A stretch of DNA of 64,000 nt from Hemiscyllium ocellatum (Eukaryota), in the NCBI RefSeq assembly GCF_020745735.1, contig NC_083402.1, positions 85,636,004-85,700,003 on the forward strand. The letters are read 5' to 3'. Shown here piece after piece: positions 51,308-64,000 of the stretch (positions are counted from its first letter, which is position 1; each line of letters starts with the position of its first letter). Both the position numbers and the translations under genes were made by a program. Under the pieces are notes generated by a model that worked only from the letters and a program-made list of their open reading frames with translations, did not search any database and was not told the origin of the DNA.

Positions 51308-52248
51308 AAGATGGTGGCAGAGTAGGATGCTTCAGCCAGAGCTCATCAGCTCCATTCATTTCATTCTCATTTCTTCCTTTTTTTTTCTCTCTTGATGTTT
51401 CTTCTTTCCTTCATTTCTGGCCTCAGCGTGGATCCCGCAAAGCATTCTCTGGGCAATATCTCGGCCTTATCTATAGGGAGCCTATCGCAGTCCTGCAGCC
51501 TGGGATGGCAGTGTCTCAGCCTCATCTATAGGTAGCCCATGGTAGCCTCTTGGTGTTGGTGTGGCAGTGTCTCGCCTTGGTCTATAGGCAGCCCATGGTA
51601 GTCTCTCAGCCTGGGATGGTGGTATCTCAGCTTGGTCTATCGGCAGCCCACAGCAGTCTCTTGGCCCAGTATGGCAATGTCTTGTCCTGGTCAATAGGTG
51701 GCCCATGGTTGTCCCTCAGCCTGGTCTATAGGCAGTCCATAGTAGTCTATCAGCCTGGCATGTTCTGGGGGCATAGGAGGATAGATCAGGGAGACATCAA
51801 CTTCAGCAGTAGCAGTGATGATGGTATTATGGCCCAAAGCGGGAAATGTGAGCAATGAGGGAGGACCCCTCCCTCCTTCCCACACCCCCCATTTCTGCCA
51901 ATATCTGCAACAGCCTATCGAGAACAGGCAGCTGAGGCCTCCCAGGGAGTGAGATAAGGGGAGGACTCATCGAAGACTATTGAACTTTTAACATTATTCC
52001 ATTATTTTTGTAGTTTATATTAAGAAGGACTTCGAGTTAACTATTACCTTATTTCTTTACTTTGCTACTTATTCTGTGAAGGTAATGTTTAACATTTTAA
52101 CTTGTTTTCTTTTACCAATTTATCCCTGAGTTTTCGTACCTGGGTGCCATTGTAAAGGTGGGCTGTGTGTGGTGACATTGTACATTTTTCACTGTAGTCC
52201 TGTACTTCTGCACTTGAGTATACATGACAATAAAATCTAAGTCTATCT
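51308..52248 (+). mobile_element. Non-autonomous element with Rex1-like tail and internal 55-bp minisatellite
   Basis: Starts aagatggtggcag and ends tttcactgta...catgacaataaaatcta, the same tail style as the Rex1 copy ending ~55675. Tandem units start at 51452, 51507, 51563, 51618 and 51673. Confidence 0.55.
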
Positions 52249-52249
52249 G

Positions 52250-53006
52250 ACTGTCCCTTAAACATTGCTATTGCATCTGCTTCTGTCACCTCCCCAGCAG
52301 TGCATTTCAGGCACCTACCATCCTCTTGCCTCACACAACTCCTTTCAACCTTTCCTCTCTCACCATAAACCTATGCTCCTAGTGTCTGATTATCTACATG
52401 GCAAAAAGACTCCAACCATCCACCTTATTCATGTCTCTCATAATTTTATATCCTTCTAACAAGTTGCCTCTCAGCCTCCAACACTCTAGTAAAAACAATC
52501 GAAATTTGTCCAAACTTTCCTAATAGCTAATACACTCCAAATCTGGCAACATTCTGGTAAAGTTTTCCAAAGCCTCTGTCTTTTTTTCTATCGTGTGGCA
52601 ACCAGAACCGCAGATAACACACCAAAATTGGCCTAAAATTCTATTCAAATGCAACATGACTTGCTAACTTTTAAAATTAATGCCATGACTGATGAAGGCA
52701 ATTATGCTATACACCATCTTTATCATCTTATCCACTTGTGCTGTCACTTTCAGGGAGCTATGGACTTTCACCTAAAGATCCCTCTGCATATCAATGCTCC
52801 TAGGGGTCCTGTAATATACTATATACTTTTCTATTGCATTTGACTTCCCAAAATGCATCACCGCATACCTGTTTGAATTAAATGCCATCTGCCATTTCTC
52901 CACTTATTTTTCCAACTGATATAAATCCTGTTTTATCCGTTGACAACCTTCCAAAATTCCATCAATTTTTCATGTCATCTGCAAATTTACTAATCAGACC
53001 ATCTAA

Positions 53007-53081
<75 letters not shown>

Positions 53082-53250
53082 AATATACATATATATAAAT
53101 TACAAATGACAGAGATCCCAGCACTGATCCTTGTGGAACATGATTGGTCACAGACCGCCAGTCAGAAAAACACCCCTTCACAACTACCCTCTGTCTTCTA
53201 TGAACAAACTAATTTTATATCCAACTTACCAATTCACCATGGATTTCTGG
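52250..53250 (-). mobile_element. CR1 LINE fragment
   Basis: Reverse-strand FADD-like (catctgcaaattt) and GSVLG-like (gatcccagcactgatcc) motifs plus the CR1 3' region. Confidence 0.75.
53009..53079 (+). repeat. (CA)n microsatellite
   Basis: ~35 uninterrupted CA units. Confidence 0.97.
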
Positions 53251-53834
53251 ACTGCTTCTGGATGCTGACTGCAGGATAATCTTCCCGGACCGTGTCACTA
53301 TGATGCCGTCTTCAGGATACCCTTCTCAAGAGTCTTGAACACAATCAAAAGTATTTTGGATACAAATTAAAAATTACATGTGGAAATTTTGTTTTCTACA
53401 CAGCTGCCTCTTTTTTGCTCAGAAAAAATAAATATACTTTTAGTCTTTCTTGTTTTTTCAATGTCGTGACCAACCACTTCACTCTGCTATCAAACCACAG
53501 ACAGGAAATTTCCAAACTCAATCACCAGGACTATGCTGAGTCAGTTCAACTCAACACTCACTGCTGCCATCCTCTCTCTGATCGATATTAAACATTCCAG
53601 TTTTGCAATGACAATAAAGATCAACGGAGAGTTTAATTCCTTATCACATGATTTTCTGCTACTGAATTGTTGCTCTCAAGGGAATGTTGTCCAAGTTTGG
53701 AAACTGTGTTGTTTCAATTTATGTATTGAGACAATTGTTGATTGAGAAATGTCAGGGTGCAGTACAGTGATAAATCTGGTAGATTTCTTGAGACTTCAAG
53801 TTGAAGTATGACTGAAGCTATTTTACTGTTTATA

Positions 53835-53960
53835 TCAGAGTGGTGTTGGAAAACCACAGCAGGTCAGGCAGCATCCGGGGAGCAGGAAAATCAATGTTTC
53901 GGGCAAAAGCCCTTCCTTAGTAATGGAGGCAGGGTGCCTGCAGAATGGAGAGATAAATAA
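53835..53960 (-). mobile_element. Penelope-like terminal fragment
   Basis: gtggtgttggaaaaccacagcaggtcaggcagcatcc...tgtttcgggcaaaagcccttc belongs to the same family as 8510. Confidence 0.72.
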
Positions 53961-54944
53961 AACATTGCCTGAAGATATTTTACTGTCAGCTGGAAACCTG
54001 GAAAAAAGCCGATAATATTATAAATATACTTTAAGTCCACAGCAGTATTAAAAGACATATTGAATGTCAGAAGTAAATAATGTTAACACAAGTACATTAC
54101 TGAGGAAGGAACAACAGATATTTCAATCACACAGAGAGTTATAGGATTAAACCTGTTTAAAATATTCAGACTTAGCTAAGTGGTAGCAGCTTCACCGAGT
54201 TAGGTTTAGCAATTAATCCAGGAGAACATGTTATTGCAGGTCTGAGGATGTACAGTATTTACTGGTGTAATTTATTTTGAACAGACATTGAACAGTTTAG
54301 TCATAGTCATGATCAACATTTATCGATAAAACTGGTTACCTGCTCGATATTTCATTGATGTCTTTGGGATCTTGCTGAGACATATTTCAAAAACGACTGC
54401 ATTTCAAATGAGTTTCCTCACTTAGAAATTGCTTTCAACTGTTCAATATTGGGATCTCTCAAAGACTGAACTTTCCTCGTATTTACCATGTAACATAAGA
54501 TTCCATTTTACAGCAATTATAAGAGTAATTAACCTTTCAAAATTCTAAACATATGAAAGCAAAGGGAAGAATTATGAAAATGGTCACAATGTCCTTTGAA
54601 CTAACATCAACAACTTACCTGATGTCAAACAGATTTTTGTTGTGTTGGTTTTGAAAATAAGAAATATTTTCTTTCAAAAAAAAGGTAAACTAACCCTCAG
54701 AAGAAGGCAGGCAATAGACAAGGATTATCCAACATGATGAGTGGCTGTCTGATGACGATTGACTCAAAATGTTCAGACAATTGGTTGATACAGAGAATAA
54801 AACCTGCCCCTAGAAATACGATATAATAATAATGGTTGGGGCTGAGGGGAATTCTGTTCTTGGGGAGTTCTTACTAAGCAGACCTTGCAGGTTACAGTTC
54901 TCATTGCTCTCTAGACACTATCCAATCATCATCAAGCAGTCTTC

Positions 54945-55675
54945 TCAATGTCAGCAAAATTGACTTCAGAAAGAAAGGAGGAGAACATCTATGTTAACAG
55001 TACTCGGGTTGAGAGGGTTGAGAGTGTCAAGTTCCTAGGAATGACGATAACGGATAACCTGTCCTGGACCTCCCACATAGATGCAACAATGCCCCTTCTT
55101 CCACAGGTGGAAATTTGGTAAGTCCATAAAGACCCTCACCAACTCTTACAGATGCACCATAGAAAACATACTGTCTGGGTGCATATAGCCTGGTGTAGCA
55201 ACTGCTCTGCCCAGGACCGCAAGAAACTACAGAAGTTTGTGTACACAGCTGAGACCATCATGGAAGCTGATTTTCCATCACGGAACACCAATTATACCTC
55301 TCGTTGTTGCAGAACAGCTGTCAACATCTTCAAAGACTCATCCCACCCTGGTAATGCTCTCCTACAACCTCTTCCATCAGGCAGAAGATACAGAAGCTTA
55401 AACACGCACATCTACAAGTTCGAGAACACCTTTTTCCCATTCATTATTAGAGTGATGAGTGGACTGTCTAACCTTAAATAATACTGAGCTTGTTAATGTG
55501 ATCTTGCCTAGTGCAAAGTGTAACCTGTATGCCTCACTCTGTCCAAATGTTTTTTCACCCTATGACATGCTGGCTTTCACCTTGCTTACTATGATCTACC
55601 TGTAGTGACATAAAAAAGCTTTTCACTGTACTTTGGTACATGTAACAATAAATCAAATCAAATCAAATCAAATAA
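54945..55675 (+). mobile_element. Rex1/Babar LINE 3' fragment
   Basis: VERVESVKFLG, IAWCSNCSAQDRKKLQK...DSSHPGNALLQPLPSGRRYRS and an (aaatc)n tail. Confidence 0.88.
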
Positions 55676-57109
55676 ATAACAAGGCAGATCAAAACTGGAC
55701 TAGAAGGAGAGGAGAGACATGGGGAAGAGTTTTGTAATATCCCGGCTAGAGAGTAGGATGTTGTCCCCAACACTTTAACAAGACCAAAACTTTCCTTGCC
55801 AAGTCTGTTTGTCCTCTGATATCCTCACTATCCTCAATTGCCTCAGTTGTATACTACCTTTACCTAATTAACTAGTGTGACAGATCTACACTGTTGCTTC
55901 TTAACAAACTATCAAAAGATTGCTTACAAGTTGTTAACTGCCTGCATTAGGTAGCTGATCATGAACCCCAAATATCAACAAAGGAATCCTGAAGTCATGA
56001 ATAGCATTATGTTGCTATGGGCTCCTACTTTCTCATTTGAAAAACAGCAATCACTATATGTGTGACAAGCCCATCTCAGTGAGGCAATAAAATATATTTG
56101 AAAAGTAAGAGTGTGATAATAGCTAAGCTGATGAAGAAGCTTTAGAAATTAAAATAAAAGGCAAACAAAATTAGAAATGAAAATCCGCAAGTACATTCAG
56201 GAACAAATCAAGTCACTTTTACCTCATTAGGGTGATCACTTATATTAGTTAATTCTATCCTGCTTTTCTATCAAGCAGTTCACACTGCTTCAGCCCATTG
56301 ATCATTAGAGTGCATGTAGATTCTTTTCTCATTAGTACCACATACATTTTTGCATTTGGACAATGAATATTATCTTTTATCTTTTTGTTTGGACATGTGA
56401 TGGATATTGGGTTGCCTTAGTGTCATTAACAAACAGCAGAACAAATATTCAGTGCCTCATGTTTAGGAACATAAACAAGTTTGGTTTATGATAAAAGCAA
56501 CTCAGTAATATTGGCTAACAAACACACAATACTTTGGTGCTGCCCACAGTTACAAAATGCCCTGATGCTCACCAGTGTATGTGACATGCATTTCCCAAAA
56601 CCATCCAATTAAGGCTACAGAAGAAATAGACTGCCAAAGGGACTGTAGTCACTAGTCATGCTAATTCTGCAGGAATTCCTGATCCCAAAGACTGGCGGAT
56701 GCTCGATCAGGAAGTATATTCAAAGGAGTTTTTGAAATTTTTTGGGCACGAAGTGAATAAATAAGTGCCAGTAAAGTAGGAGAAGGTGGGGTCAGATAGG
56801 AGATTGGCTCTGGTATTTCTCCACGTTGGAGCAGCTGGAATAGTCTACCCTAATGGCCTACTCCAGCTCTTCTTCCTAATGTTCTTCAAGTTAAACTAAA
56901 CAGGGACTACAATCTTTAACAATTCAGTTAGGCATGAAACATAGTTTCAACAAGGCTGATAAAACAGTAAACTGTTGAGTAGCTTTAAAAAAATATTTAT
57001 TGCATCAATGTATTTACAACATTCTCTCTTTTCGGTAATCTCAAATATTACTGCAATGGATTTAGACAACACGAGAATATTTCAATCACAAAAGGGAGCG
57101 TGGGAACTC

Positions 57110-58500
57110 CATGACTTGCAAGTTTTTGTCGAAGCTACACACCATCCCAGCTTGGACTCTTCTGCATTGGCATTCCTTCAGGATTGAAGATGATGGAGGC
57201 AACAAAACAATCCAAAGCTGGAGCTGTACTCCCAGACTCAGTTTTTGATATGGTGGGACAGTGGGATGTTTGGGTTTCTACTTGCTCCTTCCTCTGTTTT
57301 CACTTGGCCTACACTTGGGCCTGTTGGAAATGCTCAAGGTGGATTGTACTATTGTAGATACTTCATCTCCAATTCTGGCAGTCTTGTACTACACATACCT
57401 TGTCAATGAGAACATTGTAGTTTTTTCAGGGAGACATTAAGGATATTCCTAAAGTGTTTCCTCTACCTTCGTGTTAACTGCTTGTTGAGATGAAGCTCAG
57501 AGTAAAGTTGGTTTTGGAAGTCTTGTGGCTGCGTGCAAATGTTGTGCACTGCCAACACAATTGATTGACTGTGACCAGTGCCATAATACTGGAGATATTG
57601 GCCTCAGAGAACACATTAACATCGAAGTTCCTATCTTGCCAGTTAATTTGTAGGATTTTGTGGGGGCATAGCTTGTGATATTTCTCCAGGGATTTGAAGA
57701 TTGGTAACACCGCTTCCCTTTAGACCATTAACTTTGTGTTGGGCTCACGGTCTTGGTCATCAACCATTTTCTTTCCCAGATTAACCAAATTTTGCAGACT
57801 TGAGGCAATGATGAATTTTACCATCGACTTCTGCCCTCATTGAGAGGAGACTCCTAAACTATGAGAATTAATGCACATTGTCCAGTGGCTCATTGTGGAT
57901 CTTGACAGTCAGTGTTGCATGACAGGAGCAAGATGGCAGAAGAACGTGGTCTTACACTTGTTTAGCTTAAGCCCTATTCTTTTATATTCCTCTGTAAATA
58001 TAATGGATGAGGTTTGAAGCTCTGAGTATGAATATACACAGGCACCATCTACATATTGCAGCTTGATGACACGAGGCTGGGATGGTCTTGTTTCTAGACA
58101 TTTCTCTCATTTTGCACAGAAGGTTGACACCACTGTGAAGCTTCGTGGAGGTGGGGTGGACAGTTGTAGCAAGGAAGATGGAGAAGAGCATTGGTGGAAT
58201 GACACAAGCTTGCTTGATCCCAGTTTGCACATGTGCTGGGTCGGTGGTGTATTTGCTGCTGATGATCATGGTTTGTATGTTGTACTCGCAGGAGGTGGAT
58301 GAGGACGATGCATGTTTTTGGGAACTGAATCTAAGAAGGAAGCTCCATATTTCCGCTCGTTTGACAGTAATAGTCCTTTCTGTGGTTAAAAGTGGCCATG
58401 AATGTAGCCTATCTGCCATGGGGAAGGCCATTGAAAAAACTCCCCCAGAACTATTGCACTATTCCTTCACATTGCTGTGTCAAAAAACCTGGGACTCCCT
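57110..58500 (-). mobile_element. Degenerate RTE LINE
   Basis: VQTGIKQACVIPPMLFSIFLA (cf. GVKQGCV.APTLF) and LEKYH..C.HKILQINWQDR..V..EANISSI. Confidence 0.78.
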
Positions 58501-59549
58501 CCCTGGCAGCAATATGGGTATAGCTATACAACTCCCTCAATACTTTGAAGTAAACATAGATGAATTATTGATAAACAAGGGATCAATGCCCATCAGGTCT
58601 AGACAGAAGACTGGAATAATGTTATTGAATGTCTAAGGTGGTTCAAGGAGTTGTTCATATGTTTGGATGTAAATATGAGAATGGTAGCAGTTCAACAATG
58701 CAGCTCTTTATCAAATTCTCAAGGACAGTTAGGGGCAGGTAATAAATGCTGGCAAGTGATGACTACATCCCATGAACAAAATAAAAAACATCACTGATCA
58801 GGATATTTATACAGAATATTAAAAAGCTGAAAAATAGTATTGCTGGAGAACAACACTGTACTTTGCACAAAACTAGTCAGCCATAATTTGTCAATGATTT
58901 TTATTTTCAAAATGTTGTCTCTTCTGTCTCTGATAAGAACCTCAAATTTACTGCACAGTTTTCAGTCTGCCAATGTTTCAAAACAATTGAGAATCTTATG
59001 AAAATAAATGAGTTGAATTTGCTTAAAATCCTAACAAAGTATGCTAAGTTGCAGTAAGAGCCAAATCAGTTTTGAAGGCTTCTAGGATACATGGGCACTG
59101 TGTTGAGTACAGATGGTTCCTAGCAAACCCATTTTCAAAAGGAGCTCAGGGGAGGATGGTAAGAAACCACTCACTGATTTTGGTAAAAATCCAAGAAAGC
59201 ATTACAAAAAAGTTACAAAACAGTAACTAATCAGTGTTGAAGGAAATGGAGTTCATGGGTATGCCATCAAACGCAGATGGCTCTCAGCATGTCTACTTTC
59301 AAAGGGAACTCACAGACAGAAGATAGGATGACAGGAAGATAGGAAGTCAATTCTAAAATTTGGTCAAAATCCAGTATGTACTTTAAACAAATGATGTGCA
59401 AAGTTCTACTGGTGTGTAATAGTTAGACAAAAAAAAAGCATTAAAGTTAAAGGAAGTGAATTCCAAAATCGAGTGACACAGTGATTACAGTACATTTTAA
59501 ATTTTGCAAATTTAATGTATAATTTCTTTTATAAAATCACTTTTGCTTG

Positions 59550-60184
59550 CGAATTGTTCTGAACTAACTTTATTCCACTTGCTTGAAATGCTGATACATA
59601 ACTGAATGATGATGATGTTCTTACGAGCTTGGATCCTTGTTTGAACCCTCTTTAGCTTGCAGCAAAATCTTTAAAAAAGTTACAAAACCACTTTTTTCAA
59701 TACTGTCTTTACTGTATTAAACTGAATATTTACAATTTGTACAAATGTCTGAGCTCCATCAAGATACAAAATACAGTTCACAAGATGCAATAACCCAGGG
59801 TCCAATTTCACCTGGAATACCATTGCACTACAAAGGACAGAAAGTCTTTCAAAGAACAAATGAACATCTGGTTAGGCAACTCCACAAACGCAGCAATTCA
59901 GGCAATAACAAAAATACAACGTGAGGTCAGAGAGGATTCAAATACTCTTCTAATAATCCAGGGTTCTACAAAGCAGGGTCCTGGAATTTTTTTGGGACTA
60001 CCAAAAAACAGCTAATTGCGCCTAGGTCGATGGAGTTTTCTTTGATCCAGTCAATCATTGGTGCACTGACGATCAGTCCTTAAGTATAGGCATTCAGAAA
60101 AGCATCTTTTAATTCTGAAGCCCAGGAGGGTGTATTTGTTTATGAAGAAAAACTGTTCTAGACATATTTTCTCAGTTGCAGATG
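59550..60184 (-). other. TLE 3'UTR with candidate polyA signal AATAAA (tttatt at 59569-59574)
   Basis: Repeat-free AT-rich sequence immediately after the stop, with a minus-strand AATAAA ~610 nt downstream. The true 3' end is inferred, not shown. Confidence 0.6.
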
Positions 60185-60316
<132 letters not shown>

Positions 60317-60749
60317 TCAGTAAATCTGAACTAACCAGAATTAATTCACAGACTATCTCTACATTTAAAAATCATAATGCCATTCAAAGCCTTAAGGAAA
60401 ATTTCATAACAAAGTTTACATCATCTACTCCTACGTGCTTTCGAATTCTTCTTTTAAGTTTCCCTATTCCAGCTTCTCCAGTATCTTCACACATCTAAAA
60501 CCATCCTGCTATCATGCTGGTAAATTTCCTTGGCAGCTTCTCCAAAACCTCGACACCCTCATGCATGCAGAAATGTCAGTGAGGATAATGAAGTGTTGAA
60601 AATCACTTAAATCATGTAAACTTTAAGGCAAACTTTCTCTGGTGTATTGACTTCTTAAAAGTCCTTTCAAGCTTCACGATTGCTTGATATTACTAAAACA
60701 TTCTTGGGATCGGTAGATCATTTTTGGCCTGTCCAGTATTACTTTTCAG

Positions 60750-61095
60750 AGTGGGGTAGCTCAGTACTGCTGCCTCACAGCACCAGGGATCTGGGTTCAA
60801 TTCCAGCCTTGGGTAACTTGTGTGGAGTGTGCATATTCTCCCTGTGCCTGTGGGGATTTCCTCCAGGTGCTCCGGTTTCCTCCCACAGTCCAAAGATGTG
60901 CAGGTCAGGTGGACTGGCTATTTTTAAATCACCCATAGCATGCAGGAATGTGCTGGCTAGGTGGATTAGCCATGGGAAATGCAGGGTTACAGGGATACTT
61001 TAGGGGAAGGAGTCTGGGTGGGATCCTCTTTGGATGATCGGTGTGGACTCGATAGACCGAATGGTCTGCTTCCACACTGTAGAGATTCTATGATT
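60750..61095 (+). mobile_element. V-SINE in last TLE intron
   Basis: Head, V-domain and tctatgattc tail. Confidence 0.82.
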
Positions 61096-61189
61096 CAGAA
61101 GGTGTTGAAACTTCTTACTGAAATGCTAACGTTAATGTAATGTAGCTCCTAGATTATTTCAGAGGGTACTTCTAGGGTCACTATGTTGG

Positions 61190-61630
61190 TCACAGAGTTA
61201 TACAGCACGGAAACAGACCCTTAGGTCCAGCCAGTCCATGCCGAACATAATCCCAAACTAAGCTATTCACACCTGCCTGCTCCTGGCCCATATCCCTCCA
61301 AGCCTTTCCTATCATGTATCTATCTAAATGTCTTTTAAACAATGTAATTGCACCCATAACCACCACTTTCTCAGGAAGTTCATTCCACACGCAAACCATT
61401 GTCTGTGTAAAACGTTTGCCTCAAGTCTTTTTTAAATTTCTCTCACAAACGTGCCCGATCATCTTGAAATCCCCTATCCTAGGGAAAAGATAACTACTAT
61501 TAACTCTTATCTATACCTCTCATTGGTCTCAGCCTATCCACCCCTTCTTTATAACTCAAACCTTCTACACCTGTCAACATCTTGGTAAATCTCTTCTGAA
61601 CCCTCTCTGGCTTGACAATATCCTTCCTAT
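61190..61630 (-). mobile_element. CR1 LINE 3' end in last TLE intron
   Basis: VCVWNELPEKVV.MG.IT.FKRHLDRYM. Confidence 0.82.
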
Positions 61631-61867
61631 CATAAAAAGGCTAAGTTAGATATGGATGGCACTTATCCCCACCCCGCTCTTTGGGCATCGGTGAACTAAC
61701 TGAGACTTCATGAAAATCCAACAGTTTCATAGTCTAATAAACCTGCCCCAGCACAAACTTTTCAAAGTTATAACATTTACAGTTAGCAGCAAACTATACT
61801 TAGTATATTTAACAGTTGCCACAGTATTCTTGATCTGAATGAGTTTGCTTAATATGTTTCTCAGTCA

Positions 61868-62014
<147 letters not shown>

Positions 62015-62762
62015 TTAAGTTCACTGTCCACTGTCTGGTCAAAATTTAGTGCTAATCAACAGCCTAAAACCAATGGCCTCCTTCCTTTATCTTATTCTTT
62101 ACTTCATCTTTTGGTCAATAAACTCAAATAACTTAAGTCCTTGCACACTCACATTAAGGATTCCCTGAACCAGGTCAACAGGTTCATACAGAATCATGGT
62201 AGAGACACCCAGTTATGACATGCTTAAGAGTGTGCTGTGATTTTCTTTGGCAAATCTCTTTCAGAAACTGCACCATAGGCTTCAAAACATCCTAAATTTG
62301 GGAAACTAAGATTACTTCCACTAAAATTTTGGAAAAAAAAGAAAACGATTTGTCAGCTGCAGCATGACAGCTGTAGTATAGATATCCTTGAACCACAACC
62401 ACAACCATGCTATTGTTTACATTGATTGAACTAATCCAGTAATGATTCATTAAAATTAAGGTATAAACAGCAAATTTCATTCACCAAATTTTAAATTTTG
62501 CTTTCTCCACCCTGCAACTGTGGCTTACAACATGTTTATATCTGCTGGAATCAAAGAGGAATGATGTGAAACCCAAGAAAAGACAGGTTTCTTATTCCTA
62601 ATCAAAATCCAGCAGCAATTACAGATGAAAGGTAAGGCAGACAAACATCTGGGTGAATAATCTGCTAAATGTAAGGGTATTTGGGCAAGTTATCACAGGA
62701 TTAGAGATGTCCCAAGAACTGTATCACATCATAGAGTCAGTAACTTTAGGATAATGGAATCA

Positions 62763-62936
<174 letters not shown>

Positions 62937-63204
62937 TCAAAAGAAAAGAAATGAGATTTAGTTAGAAATTATGCTTTAAAATTCTAGATATTACAAAAGT
63001 CTATTTTGACTCCAAGCCCTTTCTCCGTATGCCAACCATGTCTTGTTTGTGCCTGTTGGCTTTGTTATCAGCAGAGGATCCATTTTCTCTTCTTCATACT
63101 TAAGATGTAATAACACCTACTTTACCAAACTATCTCCCCTTTAACCACATTAGCATTCCTTTTTTTTTGCTCATCACCCTCACCATCTGTTCCACTACTC
63201 CCTG

Positions 63205-63315
63205 TCACCAAGAGTAATATTAGACTCGAAACATTAACTCTGTTTCTCTCATCACAGATGTGGCCAGACCTGCAACTTTCTCTATCATTTTCTCTATTTA
63301 TTCCACATTTCCATT
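63205..63315 (+). mobile_element. Old Penelope-like terminal fragment
   Basis: aagagtaatattagactcGAAAcattaactctgtttctctc..cacagatg.ggccagacctgc shows a stem II (gagt/actc)+GAAA remnant and a PLE-type terminus. Confidence 0.45.
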
Positions 63316-63834
63316 ACTTGTGACCAAAGAAACCTGTTTGAGGTGGGGTGGTGAGGTGGGTTACAGGGACAGGAGATGTGCTTCCAAATTTGCATCAACA
63401 CTCTAAACCAGTACCAAAATATGCATTAATCATCAGTCTAGGGAGAACTTTACAAACTAATTTCCAGCTCTCGTTAGGAGTTGCTCAGCCCCACTGCTTG
63501 GTGCTTTCTTGCACCAGAGATTGGGATTTGGTACTGAGAACCTGAACAGAAGCTGAAAAAAAAGCAAACCACCTGCTGCAAATAAATTAGCTACTCTTGA
63601 ACTGGTTTAGAACAAGCTGTCATTCTAATTGCATCTTTCTTACACACTTTCTCACTTGTGAGATGTTGCACGGTAGACCTGAGATTATAGTATGTCATTT
63701 TCAAATGTTATTTTGAATCTCCACCAGCTATAGCTATAGCTTGGGCTAGAATAAACATGTTTTTTACAGTTCAGACTAATCTACTGATGGATTGTTCCAA
63801 AAATGTATTCTGTTTGGATTGCTGTAAAATCTGG

Positions 63835-64000
63835 GGAAGTGATGATGTAGTGGTAATGTCACTGGACTAGCAATCTGCAGGGCAGGGTTTTGGGTACATT
63901 GGGTTTAAATCCAATTGGGAAATCTGAAATCTGAAGCTTATCTGATGGTGATCAAGAGACCATTGTTTTGTTGCAAACCATCCGATTCACTAATGTCTGT
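63835..64000 (+). mobile_element. tRNA-headed SINE 5' part (runs off window)
   Basis: gtagtggtaatgtcactggactag...ttcactaatgtc is homologous to 23215-24490. Confidence 0.65.

Noticed and set aside
51440-51765. Regularly spaced repeats as a CRISPR-like array
   Set aside because: Units are contiguous and diverged along their whole length, with no unique spacers; vertebrate context.
52882-53109. ORF with (HT)n run
   Set aside because: Translation of the (CA)n microsatellite.

Overview
Repeat-dense, ~40% GC vertebrate DNA, almost certainly from an elasmobranch (shark). The basis is HE1-type V-SINEs plus CR1, Rex1/Babar, RTE and Penelope-like families typical of sharks; the species is not determinable here. 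The only host protein-coding sequence is the last two exons and 3'UTR of a TLE/Groucho co-repressor gene on the minus strand (61913-61989 and 60185-60292; TLE1/TLE4-type C-terminus, TLE1 favoured). The remaining ~59 kb is downstream intergenic DNA made of nested transposon remnants. The most striking structure is a population of short Penelope-like (PLE) terminal elements carrying minimal hammerhead-ribozyme cores (CTGANGA-stem II-GAAAC-GTC). Several are near-perfect fold-back palindromes flanked by 11-17 bp target-site duplications (TSDs), and their breakpoints cluster at the 5' edge of the ribozyme core. Also present are a decayed Gypsy element with PPT and 3' LTR, a solo LTR splitting a SINE, Harbinger Myb/SANT and transposase remnants, a Tigger-type MITE, a tRNA-Asn pseudogene, a 55-bp minisatellite-bearing element and a long C-rich tract. 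Family names rest on motif recognition by eye, with no database search.
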